A stretch of DNA of 63,779 bases, the filler included, from Thermoplasmatota archaeon (GTDB lineage Archaea > Thermoplasmatota > E2 > JACPAO01 > JAHFTW01): the NCBI GenBank assembly GCA_041623215.1. It is 3 parts of 3 records of this genome, joined end to end, with 100 filler letters (N's around TTAATTAATTAA, not from the genome) between each part and the next. Parts side by side here need not be neighbours in the genome. Positions count along the whole stretch, not along the records: positions 1 to 22,552 come from JBFJXH010000016.1; 2 more parts are not named here. One strand, written 5' to 3'. This document shows, piece by piece, positions 9,883 to 18,714 of this stretch (positions within the stretch are counted from its first letter, which is position 1; each line of letters opens with the position of its first letter). Made by a program: the position numbers and the translations under genes. A model generated the notes under the pieces. The model saw nothing but the letters and a program-made list of their open reading frames with translations, was not told where the DNA came from and made no database searches.

Positions 9883-10497
9883 CTATTCTTCCTCTTCCTC
9901 ATCGAGGTAGCGCCACTGCATCTTGACCACGTCAGCCGACGTCTCGCAGGCGGCATAATCCTGAAGTGGCGCATGGTTGAGTTTGATGAATTGGTCGCCG
10001 AACGACACCGCCGATAAGATGCGTCTAGCATGCCGCTCCTCACCCACAATCCACAGGGCTGCGGCCAACGCCTCGGCGGTGGTCAACTGGAAGGCCTTGC
10101 CGTAGTTGACAGGATTTGCGGCCAGCAAGAACGGTAGGGCGCGGCTGCGGACGCGGCCTTGCAGCGTCGGGAACGTCTCCTCTGCATGAGCCCATGAACA
10201 ATCGAGTGCCGTCAAGCCATGGCGGCGCATGGCAAGCAAGTCCTCGCGACTGATGGCTTTCTTGGCAAATGGGTTCAGTAGGACTGTATGATCGCGGATT
10301 CGCTTGGGGTCATCAAACAGGGTTGCCTGCCCATGCTTGCGAAGGCGCACCGCCGTATTCTTGCGCGGATCATCTTGCGCCGTGTAGTAGATGTTGACGT
10401 GAATCCCGCCAGACAAAGCGCCTCCGCCATCGTCGCCGCTGTCCCCGCCCCGAGCACGGCCCCGACCACGGCCCCCGGATCTTCCCCAGCGACTCAT
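9883..10497 (-). CDS. tsr3: 16S rRNA aminocarboxypropyltransferase Tsr3 (DUF367)
   Basis: LNPFA, ALDCSW, RALPFLLAANPVNYG and LTTAEALAAAL motifs. Confidence 0.95.
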   Translation of the reverse strand: MSRWGRSGGRGRGRARGGDSGDDGGGALSGGIHVNIYYTAQDDPRKNTAVRLRKHGQATLFDDPKRIRDHTVLLNPFAKKAISREDLLAMRRHGLTALDCSWAHAEETFPTLQGRVRSRALPFLLAANPVNYGKAFQLTTAEALAAALWIVGEERHARRILSAVSFGDQFIKLNHAPLQDYAACETSADVVKMQWRYLDEEEEE

Positions 10498-11849
10498 GTT
10501 GACCTTACTCCCTGTTCGGAAACCGGTTCCTTGCGTGCTGAGGAACGGCGGCGTCGGCGCATGCGACCCCCACCTGGCCGCAGCATAATCTTAGCGAATA
10601 AGGGAATCAATCGTGGTTGCGCCCACAGAATCGGCAAGGCCAGCCGACTGACGTAGTCGATGTCGCCGTGACGCTCAATGGCTGCCCGCGCCCGAGGCGA
10701 GGACAACAGGTGCGCCAAGCGGTCCAAGTCTGTGTCGTGGAATCGTACGAAGATCCGGCGCACGAGGCCGCCGAAGCGAAGCTCGCGCCCCAGGCTGCGC
10801 TTGACCTCGCGCTCGTAGGCCCGAAGAGCCCCCGCGTCAAGCGCGGATGCTTCACCCGCCTTGTCCCGGCGAAGTCCGTCACCGGCGACCCGAGCAAGGT
10901 GTTCGCTTGCCAAAAGCGCCATGAGAATGCCGCCGCCGCTGGTAGGTTTGGCCATGCCAGCTGCGTCGCCGACGAGCGCGACACGGTTCGTCACCAATCG
11001 TTTGCGCATGCCAAGGGGAATTCCTCCAACAATGCGGTAGATTTCCTTGGACCCGCGCAAATACGGCGCGCTTGCCTCGTCGTCAAACATGCGCTCGTAG
11101 TACCGCTTCGCAGCCGCTTCCGACAAGCCCGGAGCCACCGCAAGGCCACTGCGGGTCCGCCCGCCTCCCACCGGAATAATCCAACTGAAGAAGCCTGGTG
11201 CCTGTGCGCGACCGGCAAACATCGGGATGAGATGTTCTTCCCCGTCCGGAATGTTGCATCCGGCTAATTCCACCTCGTAGGCGGCCACTTGCTCATCCAC
11301 AGGCGGCAGATGGAACCAGCGCGCAACGCCGCCCCGGATGCCATCCGCGCCAATCAGGATGCGGCAGCGTTCCTCGCTCCGCTCACCATCCGCACCTTGC
11401 ACGATAACTGTGACGCCGTCGCCACTTGGTGTCAAACAAGCAGCAACTGCCTTGGTGGTGGTTTGCAGCGTGGCTCCCGCGTCAACGGCAGCGTGCGCAC
11501 ACGCTTGGTCGAAACCTGCGCGGTCCATCGCGATGGCTTGCACTTTCTCGGTCTCAAAACGAATGCGCGTACCATCTGGTGATACCACAATACCGCCGCG
11601 CAAGTCGTTCTGGTGAATGCCGGCTTCGCGCGCATCAAAGGACACGTGGTCGAAAATGCGCGGCGTAACCAGACCGGCGCATTGCACCGGCATTCCGACC
11701 TCGGCGTGCTCCTCCAGCACAAGGACGTCATGGCCCTGTTCGGCGAGCAGTCGTGCCGTGTTGGTGCCTGCGGGGCCGGCACCAACAATGATGGCATCCC
11801 ACGCAGACCCGGGGCGGGCCTGTTGGGTGCCGGTCGCTGCTGGGGCCAT
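10494..11849 (-). CDS. Geranylgeranyl reductase family (digeranylgeranylglycerophospholipid reductase-like)
   Basis: GAGPAG FAD loop, PVQCAG, DRAGFD, GADG, FSWIIP and VGDAAGMAKPTSGGGI. Confidence 0.92.
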   Translation of the reverse strand: MAPAATGTQQARPGSAWDAIIVGAGPAGTNTARLLAEQGHDVLVLEEHAEVGMPVQCAGLVTPRIFDHVSFDAREAGIHQNDLRGGIVVSPDGTRIRFETEKVQAIAMDRAGFDQACAHAAVDAGATLQTTTKAVAACLTPSGDGVTVIVQGADGERSEERCRILIGADGIRGGVARWFHLPPVDEQVAAYEVELAGCNIPDGEEHLIPMFAGRAQAPGFFSWIIPVGGGRTRSGLAVAPGLSEAAAKRYYERMFDDEASAPYLRGSKEIYRIVGGIPLGMRKRLVTNRVALVGDAAGMAKPTSGGGILMALLASEHLARVAGDGLRRDKAGEASALDAGALRAYEREVKRSLGRELRFGGLVRRIFVRFHDTDLDRLAHLLSSPRARAAIERHGDIDYVSRLALPILWAQPRLIPLFAKIMLRPGGGRMRRRRRSSARKEPVSEQGVRST

Positions 11850-11870
11850 GGGTGGCCGATTGGGTGGCCC

Positions 11871-11876
11871 TATAAA
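11871..11876. promoter_or_regulatory. TATA box shared by two divergent genes
   Basis: TATAAA (+) / TTTATA (-) lies exactly midway between ATG 11849 (-) and ATG 11898 (+). Confidence 0.7.
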
Positions 11877-11897
11877 TCGGGCGTCAGTGGAGACGGT

Positions 11898-12359
11898 ATG
11901 GTCGAAACGTCCCAGCTAGTCATGGGCGCTGCCGTGGTCGTGGTGATTGCCCTTGTGGCCGCCGCGAACCGCATGATGTCCAAGGCGAATCCGCTCGGCG
12001 AAGGCCAAGCGGCTGGGGACGATGACGGCCACAGCGTGGACCCCATGCTGTGCAAATTTGTTGCCCACGAAGGCAACACCGTTGGCGAGACGGTTGCCTT
12101 CGACGGCGAGCGCATGATTCTGAAGGACCACGGCGTCTTCATGGCCGTGGACCGAAGCCTGGCTACGTTGGACGGCGAGACCGTTGTGATTCAGGGCTAC
12201 GTTGACTGGGACGCAGCCAAAGAGGCCGGCGCATCGTGGCGTGCCGCCAACACCAAGGGCCTTGACCCAGCCGTCACCGGCGAATTGACCCGCAGTGAGG
12301 ACGTTGTCGCACCGGCTCGTGAGGCAACCCGAGACCGGGACGATGACGAAGAGGAGTGA
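11898..12359 (+). CDS. Conserved archaeal membrane-anchored beta-barrel protein (DUF5749-like)
   Basis: N-terminal TM helix, then LCKFV..G..VGETVA...MILK...VDWDAAKEAG..W; family recognised by eye only. Confidence 0.6.
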   Translation: MVETSQLVMGAAVVVVIALVAAANRMMSKANPLGEGQAAGDDDGHSVDPMLCKFVAHEGNTVGETVAFDGERMILKDHGVFMAVDRSLATLDGETVVIQGYVDWDAAKEAGASWRAANTKGLDPAVTGELTRSEDVVAPAREATRDRDDDEEE

Positions 12360-12715
12360 GCTTGGCCACCAAGCAGGTCATTGTGGCGCGGCAAGACCTG
12401 AAGCTATCCAAGGGCAAGTTGGCCGCACAAGTAGGACATGCGGCCGTGGATTGCGCTCTCAAGGCAATGAAGTACGACCGTAAGGCGTTCGATGCCTGGC
12501 GTCGCGACGGGCAAAAGAAAACGGTTCTCAAGGTGCCGCAAGAACGAGATTTGCTACCCTTGAAGGCAGCCGCGGAGGCCGCCGGCCTGTGCACGAGCCT
12601 GATTACAGACGCCGGTCACACCGAAATTCCGGCCGGCACCGTGACGGTTCTAGGCATCGGCCCGGGCGACGAAGCGACGGTCAATCGCGTCACGGGGCAT
12701 CTTGGATTGCTGTAG
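12356..12715 (+). CDS. pth2: Peptidyl-tRNA hydrolase Pth2
   Basis: KQVIVARQDLKLSKGKLAAQVGHAA, GQKK and DAGHTEIPAGTVTVLGIGPG. Confidence 0.97.
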   Translation: MSLATKQVIVARQDLKLSKGKLAAQVGHAAVDCALKAMKYDRKAFDAWRRDGQKKTVLKVPQERDLLPLKAAAEAAGLCTSLITDAGHTEIPAGTVTVLGIGPGDEATVNRVTGHLGLL

Positions 12716-13011
12716 ATTCCATCCCGCTACTCTCTACGTTAACCGTAGTTGTGCTGCGCTTTTCGTGACGGCGTCCGCGCTTGTCCGACCGAGGCAGACG
12801 GCCGCCCAATCAACTAAGGCCGCATCCTTGGGAAGGTGAAGCGCGGGGCACCTGCTTCGAACCCCACCGGGCGGCGCTAAGACGGGGCGTGCGCAATCCG
12901 TAGCCAGATGCCCAAAGACCAGACGGTTCAAGGCTAAAGCCGTTGGCCCGGCACCGCTTTGTTTGATAGCCAAAATGGGCCGCTGGCTTTGATGCCACGT
13001 GAGGTACCAAG

Positions 13012-16000
13012 ATGCGATTCACCGCGATGATGATGGCTGTAGCGCTAAGCATGATGATGCTAATTGCCCCCACCGCCGGCGCCGCGCCCGACGGCCCCGA
13101 TGGATTGCCTGAACCGACAACGCTCGGTCGAGCGGTGGTGCAATTCCACGCCGGCTTTCTGCCCGATGTTGGCCACCATGCCAGTTTCCAAGGATTGCCG
13201 GTCCTAGACGCCCACGCCCGCGGCAGTTTTCTTGTCCTGGGCGCCGACGACCTACGCGATGTGAGAGAAGCGCTCGCCAGTACACCCGGCATCAAGACCA
13301 TTGAAGATGACTCCGAAGTAATTGCCGCAGCCGTTCCCAACGATGCTCGCTACAACCTTCAGTACGGCCCCGACATGATGGGTGCTCACACGGCATGGGA
13401 CCAAGCCGGCTGGGGCGGCGAAGGCATCACGGTTGCTGTATTGGACACTGGAATCCGCGCCGGCCACCAGGACCTCCAGGGATCTCGGTTCCTAGCCGGC
13501 TACGACTACTCGGATGACGACCCGACGCCCAACGACGTCTGCGGCCACGGCACCCATGTCATCGGCACTGTGGCAGCGACCACCAACAACGGCGTCGGCG
13601 TCGCCGGCATGGCCCAAGCCAACATTTTGCCCATGAAAGTGCTGGACGACAACGGCAACCCGGCAGGCTGCTCAGGCGCCAACTCGGATATTGCGGCCGC
13701 CATCTACGATGCCGCCGACCAAGGGGCACACATCATTAGCATGAGCCTCGGCGGGCCCACCAGTTCTTCGGTCACACGCGACGCGGTGGATTACGCGTGG
13801 AGCGCCGGTGCCATCGTGGTTGCTGCCGCCGGAAATGACGGCCCGTGCTTCGTGGGCTGCGTTGGGTACCCCGCTGGCTATGACAACGCCATCGCCGTTG
13901 CAGCACTCGACCCAGACAAGGGCAAGGCGTTGTACTCCAGCAGCGGCAGCCAAGTGGAAATCGCGGCACCCGGAACCGATGTGGAAAGCACCTACCACTC
14001 GAGCAATTCGGCGTACCGGTCCATGGATGGAACGAGCATGGCCACGCCGCACGTGGCTGGCGCTCTCGCGCTTGCCTGGGCCTGCGACACCGGCTTGACC
14101 AACGCACAACTGCGAACTCTGATGCAGGGCAGCGCCGAAGATCTCGGCTCAAACGGCCGCGACTCCAGCTATGGCTACGGCCTCCTTCGCATTGACAGCC
14201 TCCTTGCTGACATGGGCGGCTGCGGTGAAACGCCCAATGTTGCACCGACGGCAACGCTCAGCGACGCCTGCACAAACCTCGCCTGTGCGTTCGACGGCAC
14301 GGCCTCCACCGATTCAGACGGCACCATTGCATCCTATGCGTGGACCTTCGGCGATGGTAACACCGGCAACGGCGCCACCCCCAGCCACACCTACGCCAAC
14401 GCCGGCACCTACACCGTCACCCTCACCGTGACCGACAACGACGGCGCCACCGACTCCGCGTCCACGAGCATTACCGTGACCTCCCCGCCGCCATCCAACG
14501 AAGCCCCTAGCGCGGCCTTCACCGATGCTTGCACCTTCCTTGCCTGCAGCTTCGATGGCAGTGCCTCCACCGACACCGACGGCACCATTGCGTCCTATGC
14601 GTGGACCTTCGGCGATGGAAACGCCGGCAGCGGCGCCACCCCCAGCCACACCTACGCCAACGCCGGCACCTACACCGTCACCCTCACGGTTACGGACAAC
14701 GACGGCGCCACCGACTCCGCGTCCACGAGCGTAACGGTTGCTGCCCAAAGCGGCGGTGGCGGAACCGGATTCCTCGACGACATGGAATCAGCCACAGGCT
14801 GGACCCAATCCAGCGCCGGGGGCACGGCCGTATGGTCCTACACGACGGCCCGAAGTGTCAGCCCCTCCACCAGCTTGGCGCTGCGAAATTACGGCGGCAG
14901 CGAGAACGACGCCTTGACCAGTCCCCCCATTGATCTAAGCGGCTTGTCCGATGCCACCTTGACGTTGGCAAGTTGGATGCAAGGCGAAGAATACTGCTTC
15001 TTCAGCTGCACCATTTACGACTACGGCACCATCCAGGTCAGCGGCGATGGCGGCACTTCCTGGCGCACGTTGGCGACCAACTACTTTGCTAGCAGCGGCT
15101 GGGAAACCCTCACCTACAACTTGGACGCCGAGGCCGGCAGTGGCGACGTTCGACTACGCTTCACGTTCGTCAGCGACAGCCAAGCACACTACGAAGGCTG
15201 GTACCTTGATGACGTGGAAGTTACCGGCACGACGACGGCGCCCAATGCCCCCCCGACCGCAGCCTTTGCCGAATCGTGCAACTACCTTGCCTGCTCCTTC
15301 AACGGAGACCAATCCAGCGATTCGGACGGCAGCATCGCTAGCTACGCCTGGACCTTTGGCGATGGCAACACAGCCACCGGCGCCAACCCAAGCCACACCT
15401 ACGCCAATGCCGGCACCTACACCGTCACCCTCACGGTTACGGACAACGACGGTGCCACGGACTCAACGTCGGCGCAGGTCACGGTGGCCGAAGCACCCAA
15501 CCAGGCGCCCAGCGCGGCCCTCACGGATGCCTGCACCTACCTAGTTTGCAGCTTCGATGGCAGCGGCTCATCCGACGGGGACGGCAGCATCGCCAGCTAC
15601 GCCTGGACCTTGGGCGATGGCAACACAGCCACCGGCGCCAACCCAAGCCACACCTACGCCAGCGCCGGCACCTACACCGTCACGCTGACGGTGACAGACA
15701 ATGATGGTGCGACGGACAGCGCCTCGACGTCAGTAACGGTCGCGGCCGAGCCGGAAGGATGCAGTGGCGGCGACCCGAACGTGCCCGAATTGCAAAATGG
15801 CCAAAGCGATACGGCGACAGTGGCCAGCGGCGGTTGGGCCTACCGCAAGATTTGCGTGCCAGCCGGGCAATCCGTTCTAGATGTCGTGATGGACGGTCCT
15901 GCCTGCAGCGGATTCTTGACTTGCAGCCCAGACATTGACCTGTATGTGCGCGCAGGTGCGCTCCCAACCACCAGCACGTACGACTGCAATTCGGCGGCTT

Positions 16001-16113
16001 ACACAAATGACGAATCGTGCGGCGTGACCAACCCCACCGACGGTTGGTGGTACATCGGCATGGACAGCTACAGCGGCGGCGCAACCGTGAGCATTACCGC
16101 CACCTACAGCTGA
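13012..16113 (+). CDS. Secreted subtilisin-like S8 serine protease with four PKD domains, a jelly-roll (immune inhibitor A/MAM-like) domain and a C-terminal PPC domain
   Basis: Signal peptide; triad VLDTG, GHGTHVIG, GTSMATPHVAG; oxyanion AAGND; four W(T)(F/L)GDG..HTY..GTYTVTLTVTDNDG repeats; GWYLDDV; DIDLYVR. Confidence 0.95.
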   Translation: MRFTAMMMAVALSMMMLIAPTAGAAPDGPDGLPEPTTLGRAVVQFHAGFLPDVGHHASFQGLPVLDAHARGSFLVLGADDLRDVREALASTPGIKTIEDDSEVIAAAVPNDARYNLQYGPDMMGAHTAWDQAGWGGEGITVAVLDTGIRAGHQDLQGSRFLAGYDYSDDDPTPNDVCGHGTHVIGTVAATTNNGVGVAGMAQANILPMKVLDDNGNPAGCSGANSDIAAAIYDAADQGAHIISMSLGGPTSSSVTRDAVDYAWSAGAIVVAAAGNDGPCFVGCVGYPAGYDNAIAVAALDPDKGKALYSSSGSQVEIAAPGTDVESTYHSSNSAYRSMDGTSMATPHVAGALALAWACDTGLTNAQLRTLMQGSAEDLGSNGRDSSYGYGLLRIDSLLADMGGCGETPNVAPTATLSDACTNLACAFDGTASTDSDGTIASYAWTFGDGNTGNGATPSHTYANAGTYTVTLTVTDNDGATDSASTSITVTSPPPSNEAPSAAFTDACTFLACSFDGSASTDTDGTIASYAWTFGDGNAGSGATPSHTYANAGTYTVTLTVTDNDGATDSASTSVTVAAQSGGGGTGFLDDMESATGWTQSSAGGTAVWSYTTARSVSPSTSLALRNYGGSENDALTSPPIDLSGLSDATLTLASWMQGEEYCFFSCTIYDYGTIQVSGDGGTSWRTLATNYFASSGWETLTYNLDAEAGSGDVRLRFTFVSDSQAHYEGWYLDDVEVTGTTTAPNAPPTAAFAESCNYLACSFNGDQSSDSDGSIASYAWTFGDGNTATGANPSHTYANAGTYTVTLTVTDNDGATDSTSAQVTVAEAPNQAPSAALTDACTYLVCSFDGSGSSDGDGSIASYAWTLGDGNTATGANPSHTYASAGTYTVTLTVTDNDGATDSASTSVTVAAEPEGCSGGDPNVPELQNGQSDTATVASGGWAYRKICVPAGQSVLDVVMDGPACSGFLTCSPDIDLYVRAGALPTTSTYDCNSAAYTNDESCGVTNPTDGWWYIGMDSYSGGATVSITATYS
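14317..15660 (+). repeat. Near-identical PKD-coding DNA repeats
   Basis: 14317-14469 vs 14578-14730: 7 differences in 153 nt. 15325-15405 vs 15580-15660: 2 differences in 81 nt (manual count). Confidence 0.9.
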
Positions 16114-16117
16114 CCGG

Positions 16118-16152
16118 CCTTGTTCCCCTCCTCCACCCCTTTTTTCCCTCTC
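16118..16152 (+). terminator. Pyrimidine/oligo-T archaeal terminator
   Basis: C/T-rich run including TTTTTT directly after the protease stop. Confidence 0.55.
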
Positions 16153-16194
16153 ATCCAGCCTTTGCCTTTTGAGGCCTGACTGCCATGGGCGGCT

Positions 16195-16812
16195 GTGCCT
16201 GGTCGGCTGACCCTGGGATTGTACAATTCGTACGACCCACGCCGCTTCCATGACGTCATGCGGCGGACCCTAGCGCGGGCGGCGCCAGTGGCCCTCGCCT
16301 TTGACTGCAACCTCGCCACCTTCGGCTTTCCGTATGACGAGGGGCGGCGGCGCGAAAGCAAGGATGCCGAGGCTCCCGACCTCCGTACGCCCGTCGAAGT
16401 GGCCGACTTCGTGGCCGATTCAACCACCATTGGCGCCGGCGGCGACTACTTTCGCGAGTTGGCTGCAGCCGGGCGCTTTCACACCTTCCCGTTTCCCGGC
16501 AAAGGCGGCGGCTTTCCACCCCAGTTGGGGCGGGCCATTGTCACCAGCGAACACGTGCAACCCCATGCGACAGCGGTGCGGCCCTCCGAGGTCGCCTCCG
16601 AGCTCCATGGCGGCGCATCGCAAGTGGTCGTCTTTGGCTTGGGGCCCCGCGGCTTGCCAAAAGAGGTACTGCAGGGCGCTCGTCATTGCTTGGAGCTAAC
16701 GGGACGCAACATTGGCTTCGAAACCGCCACCGCCCTTGCCGCGCTGCCTGCCATCATCCACACACACCTGGACCACCTAGCCAAGCGGGGTCCGCCGGGA
16801 GGTGGCTACTGA
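16195..16812 (+). CDS. DUF531 family protein (predicted SPOUT-like fold)
   Basis: LTLGLYNSYD, RRTLARAAP..AFD.NLATFGFP, STTIG.GG, GFPPQLG, FGLGPRGLPK and LELTG..IGFETATA. Confidence 0.85.
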   Translation: MPGRLTLGLYNSYDPRRFHDVMRRTLARAAPVALAFDCNLATFGFPYDEGRRRESKDAEAPDLRTPVEVADFVADSTTIGAGGDYFRELAAAGRFHTFPFPGKGGGFPPQLGRAIVTSEHVQPHATAVRPSEVASELHGGASQVVVFGLGPRGLPKEVLQGARHCLELTGRNIGFETATALAALPAIIHTHLDHLAKRGPPGGGY

Positions 16813-17462
16813 CCGGCCCCATTGGCGCGCGCACCAACCGCCCGGTGGCACTGGTGACGGATGATTTTCGCCTCTATCATGACCTCGTTCCCCTGTTTGC
16901 GGAAGCGGGCCTTGACCTGCTGGGTGTGGCGCCGGGCGGCGCCCGCGATGTGCCCGATTCGGTAGCGGTCATTTTGGGAGGGGACGCCGGCGACCTGAGA
17001 AGCGAGCCCCTCAAGGGCGACGGCGAGACCCTACTCTTGCGCGTTTTGTGGCGGCTGGACGAGCGCACCAGGGACACCGCCAGCGGTGCGCCAGCCAAGG
17101 CAAGTCGCCCGTATCGCCGCCTTGTGGTGGGCATCGACCCGGGTGCCACGTGGGGCTTGGCGTTACTGGCCGACGATGCGCCCCTGCGGGTCCAAGAAGC
17201 GCATACGCCTGACGACGCCGTCGCCGTGACTGCCCGTTGGTTAGCGGCGCTGCCGGCGCACAGCCGGCATATCCACATCGGCGATGGCGACCGCGCGCAC
17301 ACGGTGCCGCTCCTGGCGGGCCTGCGCGGCGCGTGCGATGACGCCTGGATTAGTCTCGTGCCGGAAGACCACACGACCCCCCAAAGTGCGGCCACCCAGA
17401 GCCGCCACACGGACGCAGCGATTCGGATTGCGCTTCGGCATCCACAGTCACAACCATTTTGA
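16809..17462 (+). CDS. Conserved archaeal protein with RNase H-like (YqgF/RuvC-like) domain; start uncertain (CTG 16809 or GTG 16845)
   Basis: VVGIDPGATWGLALL beta1-beta2 motif, IHIGDG, LVPEDHTT and HTDAAIRIA. Confidence 0.7.
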   Translation: MTGPIGARTNRPVALVTDDFRLYHDLVPLFAEAGLDLLGVAPGGARDVPDSVAVILGGDAGDLRSEPLKGDGETLLLRVLWRLDERTRDTASGAPAKASRPYRRLVVGIDPGATWGLALLADDAPLRVQEAHTPDDAVAVTARWLAALPAHSRHIHIGDGDRAHTVPLLAGLRGACDDAWISLVPEDHTTPQSAATQSRHTDAAIRIALRHPQSQPF

Positions 17463-17499
17463 CACACCCAGCCACGTGCAAGATGTGACGGAGGACGGC

Positions 17500-18567
17500 G
17501 TGCTGCCCGACATCAAGGCACTTCGACGCCGGTTGGAGCGCCTTCGCCAAGCGCCCTCCGAAACCCATCACCCTCGCCATATTCTCTTTCGCGCCAAAAG
17601 GGGCCTAGACTTCATCGGCCATGCGCGCCCCGGCCCGGCGGCGTTCTTTGCTGCGGTGAATCCTTACCCTAAGCCCTTCGAACACATCAAGTTCCGCACC
17701 GAAGACGGGGTCACGATTGCGGGATGGTATGGCCCTCCGCACCCCGAGCGAAGCGAGCCCGGGGAAGCGGACGACGCGTTTGGTTTGGTCATCGTGCCTG
17801 GTATGTTTAGCACCAAGGACGACACCATCCACAAGCGCAGGGCCATCCGAATTTGGCGCAACTGGAAGATTCCGGTCCTCGTCATCGACCAGCGCGCCTT
17901 CGGCGAATCAAAGGGAATCGCAACCGCGGGCTGGAAGGAGTCCTATGATGTTCACGGCGCAGCCAAGGAGTTGCTGCGCCGCAGCGGTGCAAAGCGCATC
18001 GGCGTTTTGGCTGAATCGCTGGGCGGTGCCGCCGCCCTCAACGCGGTGGCCCATGACTCCCAAACCAAGACCAACCTGCTCACCGGCGGCACCCTCTGCT
18101 TCAGCGCCTTCGTGGACGCCCGGGACGCCGTAGGCTACATCAGCGCCCGGCCGCCCAAGGACCACCCCTTCTATGGGCAGTGGGGTGGCTTCCGGTGGCT
18201 GCTGCGCCTTCGGTCCCACGGCGGCTACGAACGATTCGACACCTACCTTGCGGACGCGGCTCGCGTCAATGGGCTGCGAGACGTTGATGAGCTGTACGAC
18301 TTGGCCAATCCCAAATGGAAAGTCAACCTCATGCAGCAACCGGTTCTCTGTGTCCATGCCTCGGACGACCCTGTGGTGCCGGTCCGCCACGCGCGTCGCA
18401 TGGAGCGCTACGCCACCGACATCCGCCATATTGCCACGCTTGTGACGCCCTGGGGCGGCCACACCGGGTTTGAAGCTCTTGACCCACACTGGTTCTGGGA
18501 AGTGACCCGGAGCTTCTTCGAGGAAGTGAACGGGGTTGCATTGCCCAACCTAGCCACCGCCAAGTGA
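17500..18567 (+). CDS. Alpha/beta hydrolase (YheT-like)
   Basis: SD GGAGG before GTG 17500; DQRAFGES, nucleophile elbow AESLGG, acid DDPVVP and His GGHTGF. Confidence 0.85.
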   Translation: MLPDIKALRRRLERLRQAPSETHHPRHILFRAKRGLDFIGHARPGPAAFFAAVNPYPKPFEHIKFRTEDGVTIAGWYGPPHPERSEPGEADDAFGLVIVPGMFSTKDDTIHKRRAIRIWRNWKIPVLVIDQRAFGESKGIATAGWKESYDVHGAAKELLRRSGAKRIGVLAESLGGAAALNAVAHDSQTKTNLLTGGTLCFSAFVDARDAVGYISARPPKDHPFYGQWGGFRWLLRLRSHGGYERFDTYLADAARVNGLRDVDELYDLANPKWKVNLMQQPVLCVHASDDPVVPVRHARRMERYATDIRHIATLVTPWGGHTGFEALDPHWFWEVTRSFFEEVNGVALPNLATAK

Positions 18568-18596
18568 CTTCCCCCGCGGCCTGGTAAGTACCAAAC

Positions 18597-18714
18597 CCTT
18601 AACGGCACGTCTTCGTGGCACGCCTGACTCCAAGGAGGAAGGCCCCTTCGACCCCCGCCGAGCTGCGTTCAACGAACGCCTCGGCCATGGACTGCAAGGA
18701 CGGGGCCGCGAAAC
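18597..18714 (+). promoter_or_regulatory. TATA box and structured ~90 nt 5' UTR of the DEAD-box helicase gene
   Basis: CCCTTAA at about 18596-18602; nested stems GGCCCC/GGGGCC, GCCGAG/CTCGGC and GCGTTC/GAACGC. Confidence 0.55.

Noticed and set aside
11613..11897. Long N-terminal extensions in the ORF track (also 1010-1075, 27250-27482, 51181-51450, 57043-57171)
   Set aside because: They overlap neighbouring genes; downstream starts have TATA or SD support and match family N-termini.
14317..15720. Regularly spaced direct repeats as a CRISPR-like or DGR template/variable pair
   Set aside because: They are in-frame PKD domains, the differences are not confined to adenines, and no cas or reverse transcriptase gene is present.
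16809..17462. RNase H/RuvC-like ORF as TnpB, IscB or a transposase
   Set aside because: Too short, no zinc finger or HNH, no terminal repeats, and embedded in a housekeeping-like operon.
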